Source of the DNA: a virus | DNA: 64,000 bases | IMG/VR virus record: IMGVR_UViG_3300008266_000014 | Coordinates: 1-64,000 of that record | Direction: 5' to 3' (one strand) | Shown: piece after piece, positions 1 to 7,664 of the stretch | Layout of the letters: each line of letters begins with the position of its first letter | How positions within the stretch are numbered: position 1 is the first letter of the stretch | Program-made: the position numbers and the translations under genes | The notes under the pieces: generated by a model | What the model was told of the DNA's origin: nothing | Databases searched by the model: none | Seen by the model: only the letters and a program-made list of their open reading frames with translations

Positions 1-95
1 TTTTGATATGGTATTCAATATCAAGGGGTGATTTATTTGGGATTGCTCTGGTATCTGTGGGATTCTTATTCTTCATGGCTTTGCTAGAAGATTGA
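1..95 (+). CDS. 3' end of a small hydrophobic hypothetical protein (partial)
   Basis: Frame from nt 3 reads LIWYSISRGDLFGIALVSVGFLFFMALLED*; truncated by the window edge. Confidence 0.35.
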   Translation, partial: LIWYSISRGDLFGIALVSVGFLFFMALLED

Positions 96-119
96 TTGTA
101 TACTTTGGGGGTGTTAGGA

Positions 120-701
120 ATGGTATCTGATTTTATTGGGGTATATCCAAACTTGTTAAGTGATGAGGCTTGTGATACGACGATAGATTTGTTTGAGTTG
201 TTTGATAAGACGGGGCTTGCGAAGACAAGGCAGGAACTAGGTGATTATAACAGGCTTTCGAAAGATGACAAGAGCGTCTTTTTATCGTCAGCATATCAAA
301 AAGATACCTTTAATATCGAGAGTTATGTAGTGGGTAGTTATGTTGTGAATTCAGTATGGAGAGGCTATGAACAGTATAGCTCTGAGTATGGGATTTTATC
401 TGATCTGGGTGAGCATAGAATATATTCGTGCAAACTTCAGAGAACATATGTTGGTGGCGGATACCATATTTGGCATTGCGAACAGTCGGAAAGAAGTAAC
501 TCAAACAGGATTCTTGCCTATACTGTATACCTGAATGATGTTGATGATGGAGGTGAAACTGAGTTCCTCTATCTCCACAAACGAATTCCAGCTAAAAAAG
601 GAACTGTATGTATATTTCCAGCATCGTTCACCCATACACATCGAGGCAATCCCCCTCTCTCAAATACCAAATATATTGCAACAGGGTGGATTGAATTTTG
701 A
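120..701 (+). CDS. 2OG-Fe(II) oxygenase (prolyl-4-hydroxylase-like)
   Basis: GGGYHIWHCE, YLNDVDDGGETEF, HTHRGNPP and KYIATGW motifs typical of phage 2OG oxygenases; ATG at 120 preferred over TTG at 96. Confidence 0.85.
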   Translation: MVSDFIGVYPNLLSDEACDTTIDLFELFDKTGLAKTRQELGDYNRLSKDDKSVFLSSAYQKDTFNIESYVVGSYVVNSVWRGYEQYSSEYGILSDLGEHRIYSCKLQRTYVGGGYHIWHCEQSERSNSNRILAYTVYLNDVDDGGETEFLYLHKRIPAKKGTVCIFPASFTHTHRGNPPLSNTKYIATGWIEF

Positions 702-874
702 GATACTGGGTATATGACGAAGACAACGTGTTGATTCGTAAGTTTCACATGAAGGAAGATGCAATCAAGTTTCTTCAAGAAGGCTGGAGACTCGAGGTAA
801 TCAAAATACCAAAGGTCAAAAGAAAAGATGTTCTTGAAGAGATGATGAAAAATCTAGGTGAATCCCCGATATAG
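698..874 (+). CDS. hypothetical protein (58 aa)
   Basis: TTG start overlapping the upstream TGA; reads (M)RYWVYDEDNVLIRKF...LGESPI*; fills the gap between genes. Confidence 0.5.
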   Translation: MRYWVYDEDNVLIRKFHMKEDAIKFLQEGWRLEVIKIPKVKRKDVLEEMMKNLGESPI

Positions 875-884
875 GAGAAAGACA

Positions 885-1151
885 TTGTATACTGTATATG
901 AAATGACGTTCAATAAAACTGGTGAAGTGTATGTAGGCTGTACCTCATCCCCCCTCAATATCAGAATGTCACATCACAAGTACGATCAGTACCGCCGTGA
1001 TAACAAACTTCATAAGCACATTCGAAAGCATGGATTTGATGTTACTATGAAGGCTGTCAAAAAATTTAACGATCGCCGTGATGCTCTGAATTTTGAAGCG
1101 AAGCAGATCAAAAAGTCTGGGACGTTAAATATGAATCATGCTACCAAGTAG
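885..1151 (+). CDS. small GIY-YIG nuclease-domain protein
   Basis: YTVY...VYVGCT...R..HH...E motif pattern; AGGAG SD precedes TTG at 885. Confidence 0.7.
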   Translation: MYTVYEMTFNKTGEVYVGCTSSPLNIRMSHHKYDQYRRDNKLHKHIRKHGFDVTMKAVKKFNDRRDALNFEAKQIKKSGTLNMNHATK

Positions 1152-1160
1152 ATATACTTA

Positions 1161-1355
1161 ATGATGGAAAAAGATCAATTGAAAAGGTTGATCGAAGAAG
1201 AGCGTGCCAGAGTTCTTGACGTGTACAGGGGAATTCAAAATGGCACGCTCTCTTTTGACGACTTCTGGTATGGGTTCCTTGATGATGCAAGAAATCAGGC
1301 TTTTGGTGAAGGATACCTGCACGCCAAGGACGAGATGTCAGAGGATTACAAATGA
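1161..1355 (+). CDS. hypothetical protein
   Basis: ORF track; tightly packed with neighbours. Confidence 0.6.
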   Translation: MMEKDQLKRLIEEERARVLDVYRGIQNGTLSFDDFWYGFLDDARNQAFGEGYLHAKDEMSEDYK

Positions 1356-1513
1356 TCAATAAAATCAGACAGTGTTGTAATAATAATTGCAATCAGGGAA
1401 GATATTGCGAAATACGAGCACTCGAGAAACATCAGAGTAAAAACAAATTTCCGCTCGATCAACTCCTCCTTGCTGTTCTGATTATTTTTGTGATGTACCT
1501 ATTCTTATGGTAA
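1352..1513 (+). CDS. small Cys-motif membrane protein (53 aa)
   Basis: ATGA overlap; MINKIRQCCNNNCNQGRYCE...LLLAVLIIFVMYLFLW* with a C-terminal hydrophobic helix; not in the ORF track. Confidence 0.6.
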   Translation: MINKIRQCCNNNCNQGRYCEIRALEKHQSKNKFPLDQLLLAVLIIFVMYLFLW

Positions 1514-1911
1514 GATATAACAAAAAAGGAATTCATAGTAACAGCTACCAAGGAGACTATAAACGTGTTCTTTGTGTTTGCTCTGCCGGCATACTGCGCT
1601 CTGCAACTGCTGCACACATTCTTTGCCAACATCCATATCACTTCAATACTAGAAATGTTGGGACAGCTTCCTATGCGCTCATTCCTCTGACCGAAGATGT
1701 GATCCAATGGGCAGATGAAATAGTCTGCATGGAAGCAGAACATGAAGTAAAGGTCCGCGATATGATGATCGAAGCAATGTACAATAAACCAATTGTGACA
1801 CTCGATATCGAGGATATCTACGAATACCGTGACCCAAAACTAATTAAACTAATCCAGACGAAATATAATCAGCACATCGCAAGCCAGCTTCCGTACGACG
1901 ATAACTTCTAG
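1507..1911 (+). CDS. low-molecular-weight protein-tyrosine-phosphatase-like protein
   Basis: VLCVCSAGILRS P-loop (CX5R-S), WADEIVCME and LDIED.Y motifs. Confidence 0.8.
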   Translation: MVRYNKKGIHSNSYQGDYKRVLCVCSAGILRSATAAHILCQHPYHFNTRNVGTASYALIPLTEDVIQWADEIVCMEAEHEVKVRDMMIEAMYNKPIVTLDIEDIYEYRDPKLIKLIQTKYNQHIASQLPYDDNF

Positions 1912-1921
1912 GAGAAAATAG

Positions 1922-2152
1922 ATGGGAAGATATAGATCATACACTTCCGAAATTGAAGTAACCCTCGACGATTGGAATGACGAAGAATTACTCACCGAGA
2001 TCCAAAACCGTGGTATCTCAGTAGCAGCAGTTGATAACCCAGAAGAATCAAACGACCTTCTAAACGAGATCTGGCGCCTGAGAAGGAATGGTGAGGAATA
2101 CGATCACCTGATGGACAAATTACTATACAACACCCTTGGAGTAGTGGTATGA
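1922..2152 (+). CDS. hypothetical protein
   Basis: ORF with AGGAG SD. Confidence 0.65.
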   Translation: MGRYRSYTSEIEVTLDDWNDEELLTEIQNRGISVAAVDNPEESNDLLNEIWRLRRNGEEYDHLMDKLLYNTLGVVV

Positions 2153-2190
2153 TTATTGAACTACTATATTCTGGCTTATAGAACTATTCC

Positions 2191-2877
2191 GTGAAAAGAG
2201 AACTCCTCTTCCCCACTTGTGTTTTTCGCACATCGATTAACGCTCTTACCTACGATAAAGAGCAACTTGTTGCAGATATGATGTTTAACTACAACAAGAC
2301 CCCTCAATACAATAAATGGGATGATGAGTCAATCACCCATCATATCTACGCAAGCAGCGATACAGACTTTCATGCCATGGGTATGAAAGCCGTTAAAGCC
2401 GATAAGTATGGGCTGATTAAAATTTATGACAGTGTGGTGGAACAGTTCTTTAGAGAGCTAAATCACCTTGGCAATATTGAATACTTTTGGGATGTTCAGA
2501 ACATTTCAATCAACACTCAATATATGCGCGAACACCACCACTATGATATTGATTTTGACAGAAAACAAAACGGGTTTCCATTTTACTCTTTCGTTCATTA
2601 CATATCATTCAATCAATCTGTTCACGGGGAGACAGTATTTGTGAACCCAACAACAGCTATGTCGTACGATTTTCTTACACCCCTATCCAAACACTTCGAC
2701 AACCAAAATTGTGATGCCTCTGTTTATTTTTCTGACTGGGTTTTAAATGTAAAAGAAGATGAGATTGTCTTTTTTCCATCTTTTTTAAAACACAGAGTTG
2801 CAAGTACACTCGATCCAAACTATCCAAGAATAACATCTGCTGGTAATATCTCTGTTGTAACTAATAACTATGTTTAA
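2191..2877 (+). CDS. putative 2OG-Fe(II) oxygenase (TIGR02466-like)
   Basis: N-terminal LFPT, HHH, FVHY and FFPSFLKHRV...RITSAGN double-stranded beta-helix signature. Confidence 0.7.
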   Translation: MKRELLFPTCVFRTSINALTYDKEQLVADMMFNYNKTPQYNKWDDESITHHIYASSDTDFHAMGMKAVKADKYGLIKIYDSVVEQFFRELNHLGNIEYFWDVQNISINTQYMREHHHYDIDFDRKQNGFPFYSFVHYISFNQSVHGETVFVNPTTAMSYDFLTPLSKHFDNQNCDASVYFSDWVLNVKEDEIVFFPSFLKHRVASTLDPNYPRITSAGNISVVTNNYV

Positions 2878-3625
2878 CTTCTTTAAGAAACCCCCCAAGG
2901 TAGAGTTCTTCAACGTCAACCCAGGCGTTGCTCAGTTCATGCCTCTGATTCCAGCAAAAGATCTAAAAAGAAACTGGGTGGAGAATGCGCGCAGGGATTT
3001 TTCTGAGGTGAGAAAAAATCCCGACTGGAAAAACCACGAACTTTCACATACTGCCAGATGTCCAGGAATATTCAGCCTATTAAGACATGGTTGGGTATTG
3101 CGCACGTGGTTTGATGTAGTCGTTGAAACCAATGGGGATGGGAGAACATTTAAATGGAGAGCACCAGCCAACCCTTCGAAAGATGTGCCCTTTGATTGGC
3201 ATGGTGAACAGCAACTTTTCGATTACTTCTCTCAGTGGCCAAGTAACACACTTACAAGTGTGCTCAAGTTCATGACAGGGTGGAGATGTAATGTTCCACA
3301 CGGATACTATTTGATGGAAATCCCTATACCCTACAACGAAGAAACAAGATTCACTACACTTCCAGGATTTTTTTATAGGGAGTCTGGTATAGCTCATATG
3401 AACACCCAGATTCTTTGGCATGTAATGAATGGTAACACACTTATAAAAGCTGGCACTCCCATCAGCCAACTCATTCTCCTACCAAAGGAAACTCATGATT
3501 TTGTGTGTAGGGATGAAAAGAAAGAGGATAGAATGGTGATCGACACACTTTACAAATCCTCAAAGTTTGTGTACAATTATGGTGAACTGAAAAAGCTTTT
3601 TGGAGGTAGAAATGAGTCTTTATGA
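2870..3625 (+). CDS. conserved phage protein with CPG motif, possible dUTPase-like fold; paralogue of 6613-7272
   Basis: HTARCPGI...GW...TNGDG...IKAGTPISQ shared with 6613-7272. Confidence 0.6.
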   Translation: MFNFFKKPPKVEFFNVNPGVAQFMPLIPAKDLKRNWVENARRDFSEVRKNPDWKNHELSHTARCPGIFSLLRHGWVLRTWFDVVVETNGDGRTFKWRAPANPSKDVPFDWHGEQQLFDYFSQWPSNTLTSVLKFMTGWRCNVPHGYYLMEIPIPYNEETRFTTLPGFFYRESGIAHMNTQILWHVMNGNTLIKAGTPISQLILLPKETHDFVCRDEKKEDRMVIDTLYKSSKFVYNYGELKKLFGGRNESL

Positions 3626-4064
3626 ATATGCAGAACGTGAGCTGGATTTAATAGGTTTAACCGATGATGGTAATATGAATGGGATGATGCGAAAGCATAT
3701 CCTCCATATGGTTAATGAATTTTCAAAAGAAGGTCATACTGGCTTTTCTGCTAACTATGCTCTATCGCTTCTAAAAAAACTGCTTGCATTTGAACCGCTG
3801 GCTCCACTCACAGGTGAAGACTGGGAGTGGTCTGATGTATCTGATCAGGCTGAGAAACCACTATGGCAAAACGCTCGCTGCAGTAGAGTCTTCAAAGACG
3901 AGAATGGTGCTTATGATATTGAAGGTAAAGTATTCTGGAACTGGGTAGTTGAAGAGAACGGCGAGAAGTTCAAATCATTTTATACATCAAAAGACAGTCG
4001 AGTCTATATCAGCTTTCCCTATGTTCCTGAGACTGTTTACGAAGAAGTAGACAACCATGAGTAA
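3612..4064 (+). CDS. conserved hypothetical phage protein
   Basis: GGAGG SD before ATG 3612; FSKEGHTGFSA, PLTGEDWEW and QNARCSRVFK motifs. Confidence 0.7.
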   Translation: MSLYEYAERELDLIGLTDDGNMNGMMRKHILHMVNEFSKEGHTGFSANYALSLLKKLLAFEPLAPLTGEDWEWSDVSDQAEKPLWQNARCSRVFKDENGAYDIEGKVFWNWVVEENGEKFKSFYTSKDSRVYISFPYVPETVYEEVDNHE

Positions 4065-4587
4065 AAGATCCATCTATATCGACATGGACGGAGTCGTTGC
4101 AGATTTCGATAAGTACATCTCTGCATTTCTTGGCCGCCAAATTGGATGGGATGTCCTGGACATTACCGAAGAAGAATGGGCTCGTATTGCGGAAATCGAT
4201 AATTTATACTATCAACTTGATCTAATTGATGAGTCAACTCGCATGGTTGCACTCTGCAAGTCGTTTTCTACTCGGTTTGACATCAGTTTCTTGACTGCGA
4301 TCCCACGTCAGACAACAATGCCATCCGCAAAAGACGATAAAACACGCTGGCTATACAAATATTTCCCTGGAATTCCAATTAATTTTGGCCCTTTTTCGCG
4401 CGATAAACAGAAGTGGTGCAGAGAATTCGACATTTTAATTGACGATAAGCCCGAAAACATCGAGCAATGGGCAGCAAAAGGCGGTTGCGCCATCCTCCAT
4501 AAAGGAACATCTCGTCAAGATTACGACAAAACCATTACAAATATATTAATGGCAGTTGAAAACCCACAATCAAGAATGTATTTATAG
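4057..4587 (+). CDS. HAD-family 5'(3')-deoxyribonucleotidase-like protein
   Basis: IYIDMDGVVADF motif I, FLTA motif II, ILIDD motif IV. Confidence 0.85.
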   Translation: MSKRSIYIDMDGVVADFDKYISAFLGRQIGWDVLDITEEEWARIAEIDNLYYQLDLIDESTRMVALCKSFSTRFDISFLTAIPRQTTMPSAKDDKTRWLYKYFPGIPINFGPFSRDKQKWCREFDILIDDKPENIEQWAAKGGCAILHKGTSRQDYDKTITNILMAVENPQSRMYL

Positions 4588-4631
4588 TTGTTAAACATGT
4601 AATTCTTGCAAAAAACGCGGGAAATTAAGCC

Positions 4632-4670
4632 AAAAAAATAGTTGACCCCTAATTATTTTTGCATGACCAT
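4632..4670 (+). promoter_or_regulatory. candidate sigma70-type early promoter
   Basis: A-tract, TTGACC at 4642-4647, 17-nt spacer, weak -10 GACCAT; sits in an intergenic gap before DUF932. Confidence 0.4.
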
Positions 4671-4711
4671 GCACTTGTAGTTTTCATTTGAACTCTTTTT
4701 GGAGATACATT

Positions 4712-5671
4712 ATGGCACACATGGTCGAAACAATGGCTTACGCGGGTGAAACTCCTTGGCACGGTCTTGGCAAACCAGTTCCAGCAGATCTTTCACCCTG
4801 GCAAATGCTTGATGCAGCTGGGCTAGATTGGAAAGTAGAAAAGATTCCTTCTTTTGCCAACATTAAAGGTAAACAAGTATACACCGGTAAAGATGCTCTT
4901 GTTCGTTCTACCGATGGTCGTATTCTGGATGTGGTGTCGCAGGACTGGAATCCTCTTCAAAATGAAGAAGCATTTGAGTTCTTCAATGATTTTGTTCACT
5001 CTGGTGATATGGAGATGCACACCGCTGGTTCGTTGAAAAATGGTCAGATTGTGTGGGCTCTTGCAAAAGTGAAAGAATCGTTCGAAGTGTTCAATGGAGA
5101 TCAGGTTGATTCATATCTATTGTTTACTCTACCTCACAAGTTTGGTCAGTCTATTGACGTTCGCTTTACCCCGATACGTGTGGTCTGCAACAACACTCTT
5201 ACACTATCACTTAGCACTAAATCAGATAATATGGTGAAGGTATCACATCGCCGCCAGTTTGATGGTGATGAAGTAAAACAGATGTTGGGTATTGCATCTG
5301 ATAAGTTGGCCAAGTACAAAGAGATGGCAAAATTCTTGGGCTCCAAGAAATACAAACAAGAATCCATTATTGAGTATTTTGATCGCATCTTTCCTGTTAA
5401 TGCTTACGGTCGTTCTAAGAACGAGGAAACCAAGGTCAAGAAACAACATTCAGATAATGCTGTTCTTGCAATGCAGGCTCTTGAAGAACAGCCTGGAGCA
5501 AACTTTGCGAAGGGGTCTTGGTGGCAAGCATTTAACGCAGTCACATTCTTGACTGACCATATCGTTGGTAAGACTCAGGAAAATCGTTTGACGTCTGCTT
5601 GGTATGGTCCTAACAAGGCATTGAAGGTAAAGGCGCTTGAGACTGCTGTTGAAATGGCGGAGGCAGCATGA
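4712..5671 (+). CDS. DUF932 / TIGR03299 phage-plasmid-like protein
   Basis: MAHMVETMAY.GE.PWHGLG, TAGSLKNG and TPIRVVCNNTL signature; GGAG SD before ATG 4712. Confidence 0.9.
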   Translation: MAHMVETMAYAGETPWHGLGKPVPADLSPWQMLDAAGLDWKVEKIPSFANIKGKQVYTGKDALVRSTDGRILDVVSQDWNPLQNEEAFEFFNDFVHSGDMEMHTAGSLKNGQIVWALAKVKESFEVFNGDQVDSYLLFTLPHKFGQSIDVRFTPIRVVCNNTLTLSLSTKSDNMVKVSHRRQFDGDEVKQMLGIASDKLAKYKEMAKFLGSKKYKQESIIEYFDRIFPVNAYGRSKNEETKVKKQHSDNAVLAMQALEEQPGANFAKGSWWQAFNAVTFLTDHIVGKTQENRLTSAWYGPNKALKVKALETAVEMAEAA

Positions 5672-5790
5672 AGAAACTAGCATCGGTTCTGCTGGTGCTA
5701 GCTCTTACTGGATGTGGTACCGTTGGTGGTGCCATGTCCGGGATGGGTAAGGACCTATCGAAAGCAGGTGATTGGATCAGTAATAAATAA
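5668..5790 (+). CDS. entericidin A/B-like small lipoprotein (40 aa)
   Basis: MKKLASVLLVLALTGCGTVGGAMSGMGKDLSKAGDWISNK*: lipobox LTGC plus G.G.D...G..I pattern; ATGA overlap. Confidence 0.75.
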   Translation: MKKLASVLLVLALTGCGTVGGAMSGMGKDLSKAGDWISNK

Positions 5791-5871
5791 TGGTTTTCCC
5801 CAGTTAATTTTTAGCATTAACTTACTAGATAGTTAGTAGCCAATACTGGCTCAACTCATAAGGAGAAAAAT

Positions 5872-5946
5872 ATGAAGTGGACTGTTCCTACTGCAAATGA
5901 TATGCGTTTTGGTTTTGAAATCACAATGTATATCGCGAATCGTTAA
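5872..5946 (+). CDS. pqqA: coenzyme PQQ precursor peptide PqqA (24 aa)
   Basis: MKWTVPTANDMRFGFEITMYIANR*: W..P...D.R.GFE.TMY.ANR with the E-x3-Y core; TAAGGAG SD; own terminator. Confidence 0.93.
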   Translation: MKWTVPTANDMRFGFEITMYIANR

Positions 5947-5972
5947 TCAACCATCAACTAACACTTGATTGT

Positions 5973-5999
5973 TGAGCCCCTACTGGGGCTCATTTTTTT
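5973..5999 (+). terminator. rho-independent terminator after pqqA
   Basis: TGAGCCCC-TACT-GGGGCTCA followed by T7. Confidence 0.85.
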
Positions 6000-6011
6000 A
6001 CTGGAGACAAA

Positions 6012-6446
6012 ATGAACTTAAAAGGCACAAAGACTGAGTTGAATCTCAAAGAGGCATTTGCAGGTGAATCACAAGCGAATCGCCGTTATCTATACTTCGC
6101 AAACATGGCTGACATTGAAGGGTCTCCTGAAGTAGCTGCTGTGTTCCGCCACACTGCTGAAGGTGAAACAGGTCACGCACATGGCCACATGGAATACCTT
6201 TTGAACGGTGCTGCTGGTGATCCTGCTACAGGTATGCAAGTTAAGAACGTAGCTGAAGCTCTTGAATCAGCTATTGAAGGTGAGACACACGAATACACCG
6301 ATATGTATCCTGGTATGGCAAAGACTGCTCGTGATGAAGGGTTTGATGAAATTGCTGACTGGTTTGAAACTCTTGCTAAGGCAGAACGTAGCCATGCTGG
6401 TAAGTTTAAGAAAACACTTGATGCTTATAACGCGGGCGTACAATGA
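6012..6446 (+). CDS. rubrerythrin, short form lacking the rubredoxin domain
   Basis: [44 protein letters not shown] and AERSHA di-iron motifs. Confidence 0.92.
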   Translation: MNLKGTKTELNLKEAFAGESQANRRYLYFANMADIEGSPEVAAVFRHTAEGETGHAHGHMEYLLNGAAGDPATGMQVKNVAEALESAIEGETHEYTDMYPGMAKTARDEGFDEIADWFETLAKAERSHAGKFKKTLDAYNAGVQ

Positions 6447-6580
6447 GTCTCTCGCCAGAATCAAAAAACTCTGGCAGCAAGACTTGGTTAGACCACTTTG
6501 AGCGTTGGTTTGATATTGCTCTAAGGTTTGGTTGGGTCTTGTTCATCTACGTTGTCGTAACAGGTAATTACATTAGATAG
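6443..6580 (+). CDS. small membrane protein (45 aa)
   Basis: ATGA overlap; MSLSPESK...FGWVLFIYVVVTGNYIR*. Confidence 0.5.
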   Translation: MSLSPESKNSGSKTWLDHFERWFDIALRFGWVLFIYVVVTGNYIR

Positions 6581-6612
6581 TAAACTTTCATTAGTTTTGA
6601 CCCAGCTATATC

Positions 6613-7272
6613 ATGTTAGAGTTTTACACATTTATACCTGATCTGGTAAGTAGTATGCCCATTGAGAAATCAAACATAAGTGATTTTGTTTGGTACAATA
6701 AAATGGTTGCTGATCTCAAGCAGTGCAGGCGTGTATCGGCCCACACATCCAGGTGTCCAGGTATTATTGGTATTGGTAATATGGGGTGGATTCAAAGATC
6801 CTATCAGGACTTTGTAATCCACACTAATGGCGATGGTGTTAGTTTTGATTTTGAGTGTGAAATAGATCAAAAAAAATTAATGTACGGGGATCTAATGAAC
6901 GACTACATCAGCCTGCATCCAGCCTCACAGCTATTTGATTTTGGTAACTTTAAAAAAAACACACTCAAAACTATCGTAAAAATTCAGTCTCCCTGGGTAG
7001 TTAAAATACCCAAGGGATACTCTGTAATAGCCATGCCTATTCCACTTAGCGATAGAAACGAATTTACATCTGCTTGTGGAATCTTAAAACATACTAATTT
7101 TCTGAATGTCCAGTTATTTTGGCACAGTCTTAACGATAGTGTTGTAATAAAAAAAGGGACTCCCTTGCAGCAGTATATTATGGTTATGGATGAGTCACTT
7201 CCTTACAGCGTAAACCAGATTGAAAGTTCACTGGTAGATAATATTATCGATGATATTAGGGCACAGAAATAA
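6613..7272 (+). CDS. conserved phage protein with CPG motif; paralogue of 2870-3625
   Basis: HTSRCPGI...GW...TNGDG...IKKGTPLQQ. Confidence 0.6.
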   Translation: MLEFYTFIPDLVSSMPIEKSNISDFVWYNKMVADLKQCRRVSAHTSRCPGIIGIGNMGWIQRSYQDFVIHTNGDGVSFDFECEIDQKKLMYGDLMNDYISLHPASQLFDFGNFKKNTLKTIVKIQSPWVVKIPKGYSVIAMPIPLSDRNEFTSACGILKHTNFLNVQLFWHSLNDSVVIKKGTPLQQYIMVMDESLPYSVNQIESSLVDNIIDDIRAQK

Positions 7273-7445
7273 TGGAATCTCATAAGCGAACGTTGATAAG
7301 ATCGGTATCTTGGCGTATTGTTGCAACTTTGGTTACAGCTGCATGGACTGGTATTCAGGGAGCTGTAATCATAAATATTTTTATGACAGTAGCTCACTAC
7401 ATACATGAAAGACTCTGGCTTAAAATCAAGTGGGGACGTGAATGA
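7272..7445 (+). CDS. DUF2061-like small membrane protein (57 aa)
   Basis: MESHKRTLIRSVSWRIVAT...HYIHERLWLKIKWG; matches the R...K..SWR / HER.W..I.WG pattern; not in the ORF track. Confidence 0.75.
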   Translation: MESHKRTLIRSVSWRIVATLVTAAWTGIQGAVIINIFMTVAHYIHERLWLKIKWGRE

Positions 7446-7636
7446 TTATTTGTGTTTGTAGAAACATAAAACAATCAGATTACAAATCTAAGAACGAATT
7501 AATCAGTCGGCTGACTGAGGATGATGTTAGTTGTGGGCAGTGTTTAAACTACTGCAAACAACTCAAAGAACACACTATTCATCTAGAAGTGGCAAAGGCG
7601 ACGAATAGACTAAGATACCGCTGGTCGGTAACGTAG
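7442..7636 (+). CDS. BFD-like [2Fe-2S] ferredoxin
   Basis: MIICVCRNI...CGQC (CxC-x~25-CxxC). Confidence 0.7.
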   Translation: MIICVCRNIKQSDYKSKNELISRLTEDDVSCGQCLNYCKQLKEHTIHLEVAKATNRLRYRWSVT

Positions 7637-7657
7637 GGGCGGATCCTACATAGTGTG
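7571..7657 (+). ncRNA. tRNA-like cloverleaf of unknown function
   Basis: CACACTAT/ATAGTGTG 8-bp closing stem; GTAGG-GGCGGAT-CCTAC 5-bp stem with 7-nt loop; TACCG/CGGTA hairpin; no anticodon arm or CCA. Confidence 0.45.
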
Positions 7658-7664
7658 TAACATA

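Noticed and set aside
858-1151. Intron-encoded homing endonuclease
   Set aside because: Only a bare ~88-aa GIY-YIG domain, with no DNA-binding domain or flanking intron and split gene
7571-7657. Canonical tRNA, tRNA-Sec or c-di-GMP-I riboswitch
   Set aside because: No anticodon stem, TTC loop or CCA; the GGCAAA/CTAAG words lack the GNRA arm needed for the riboswitch
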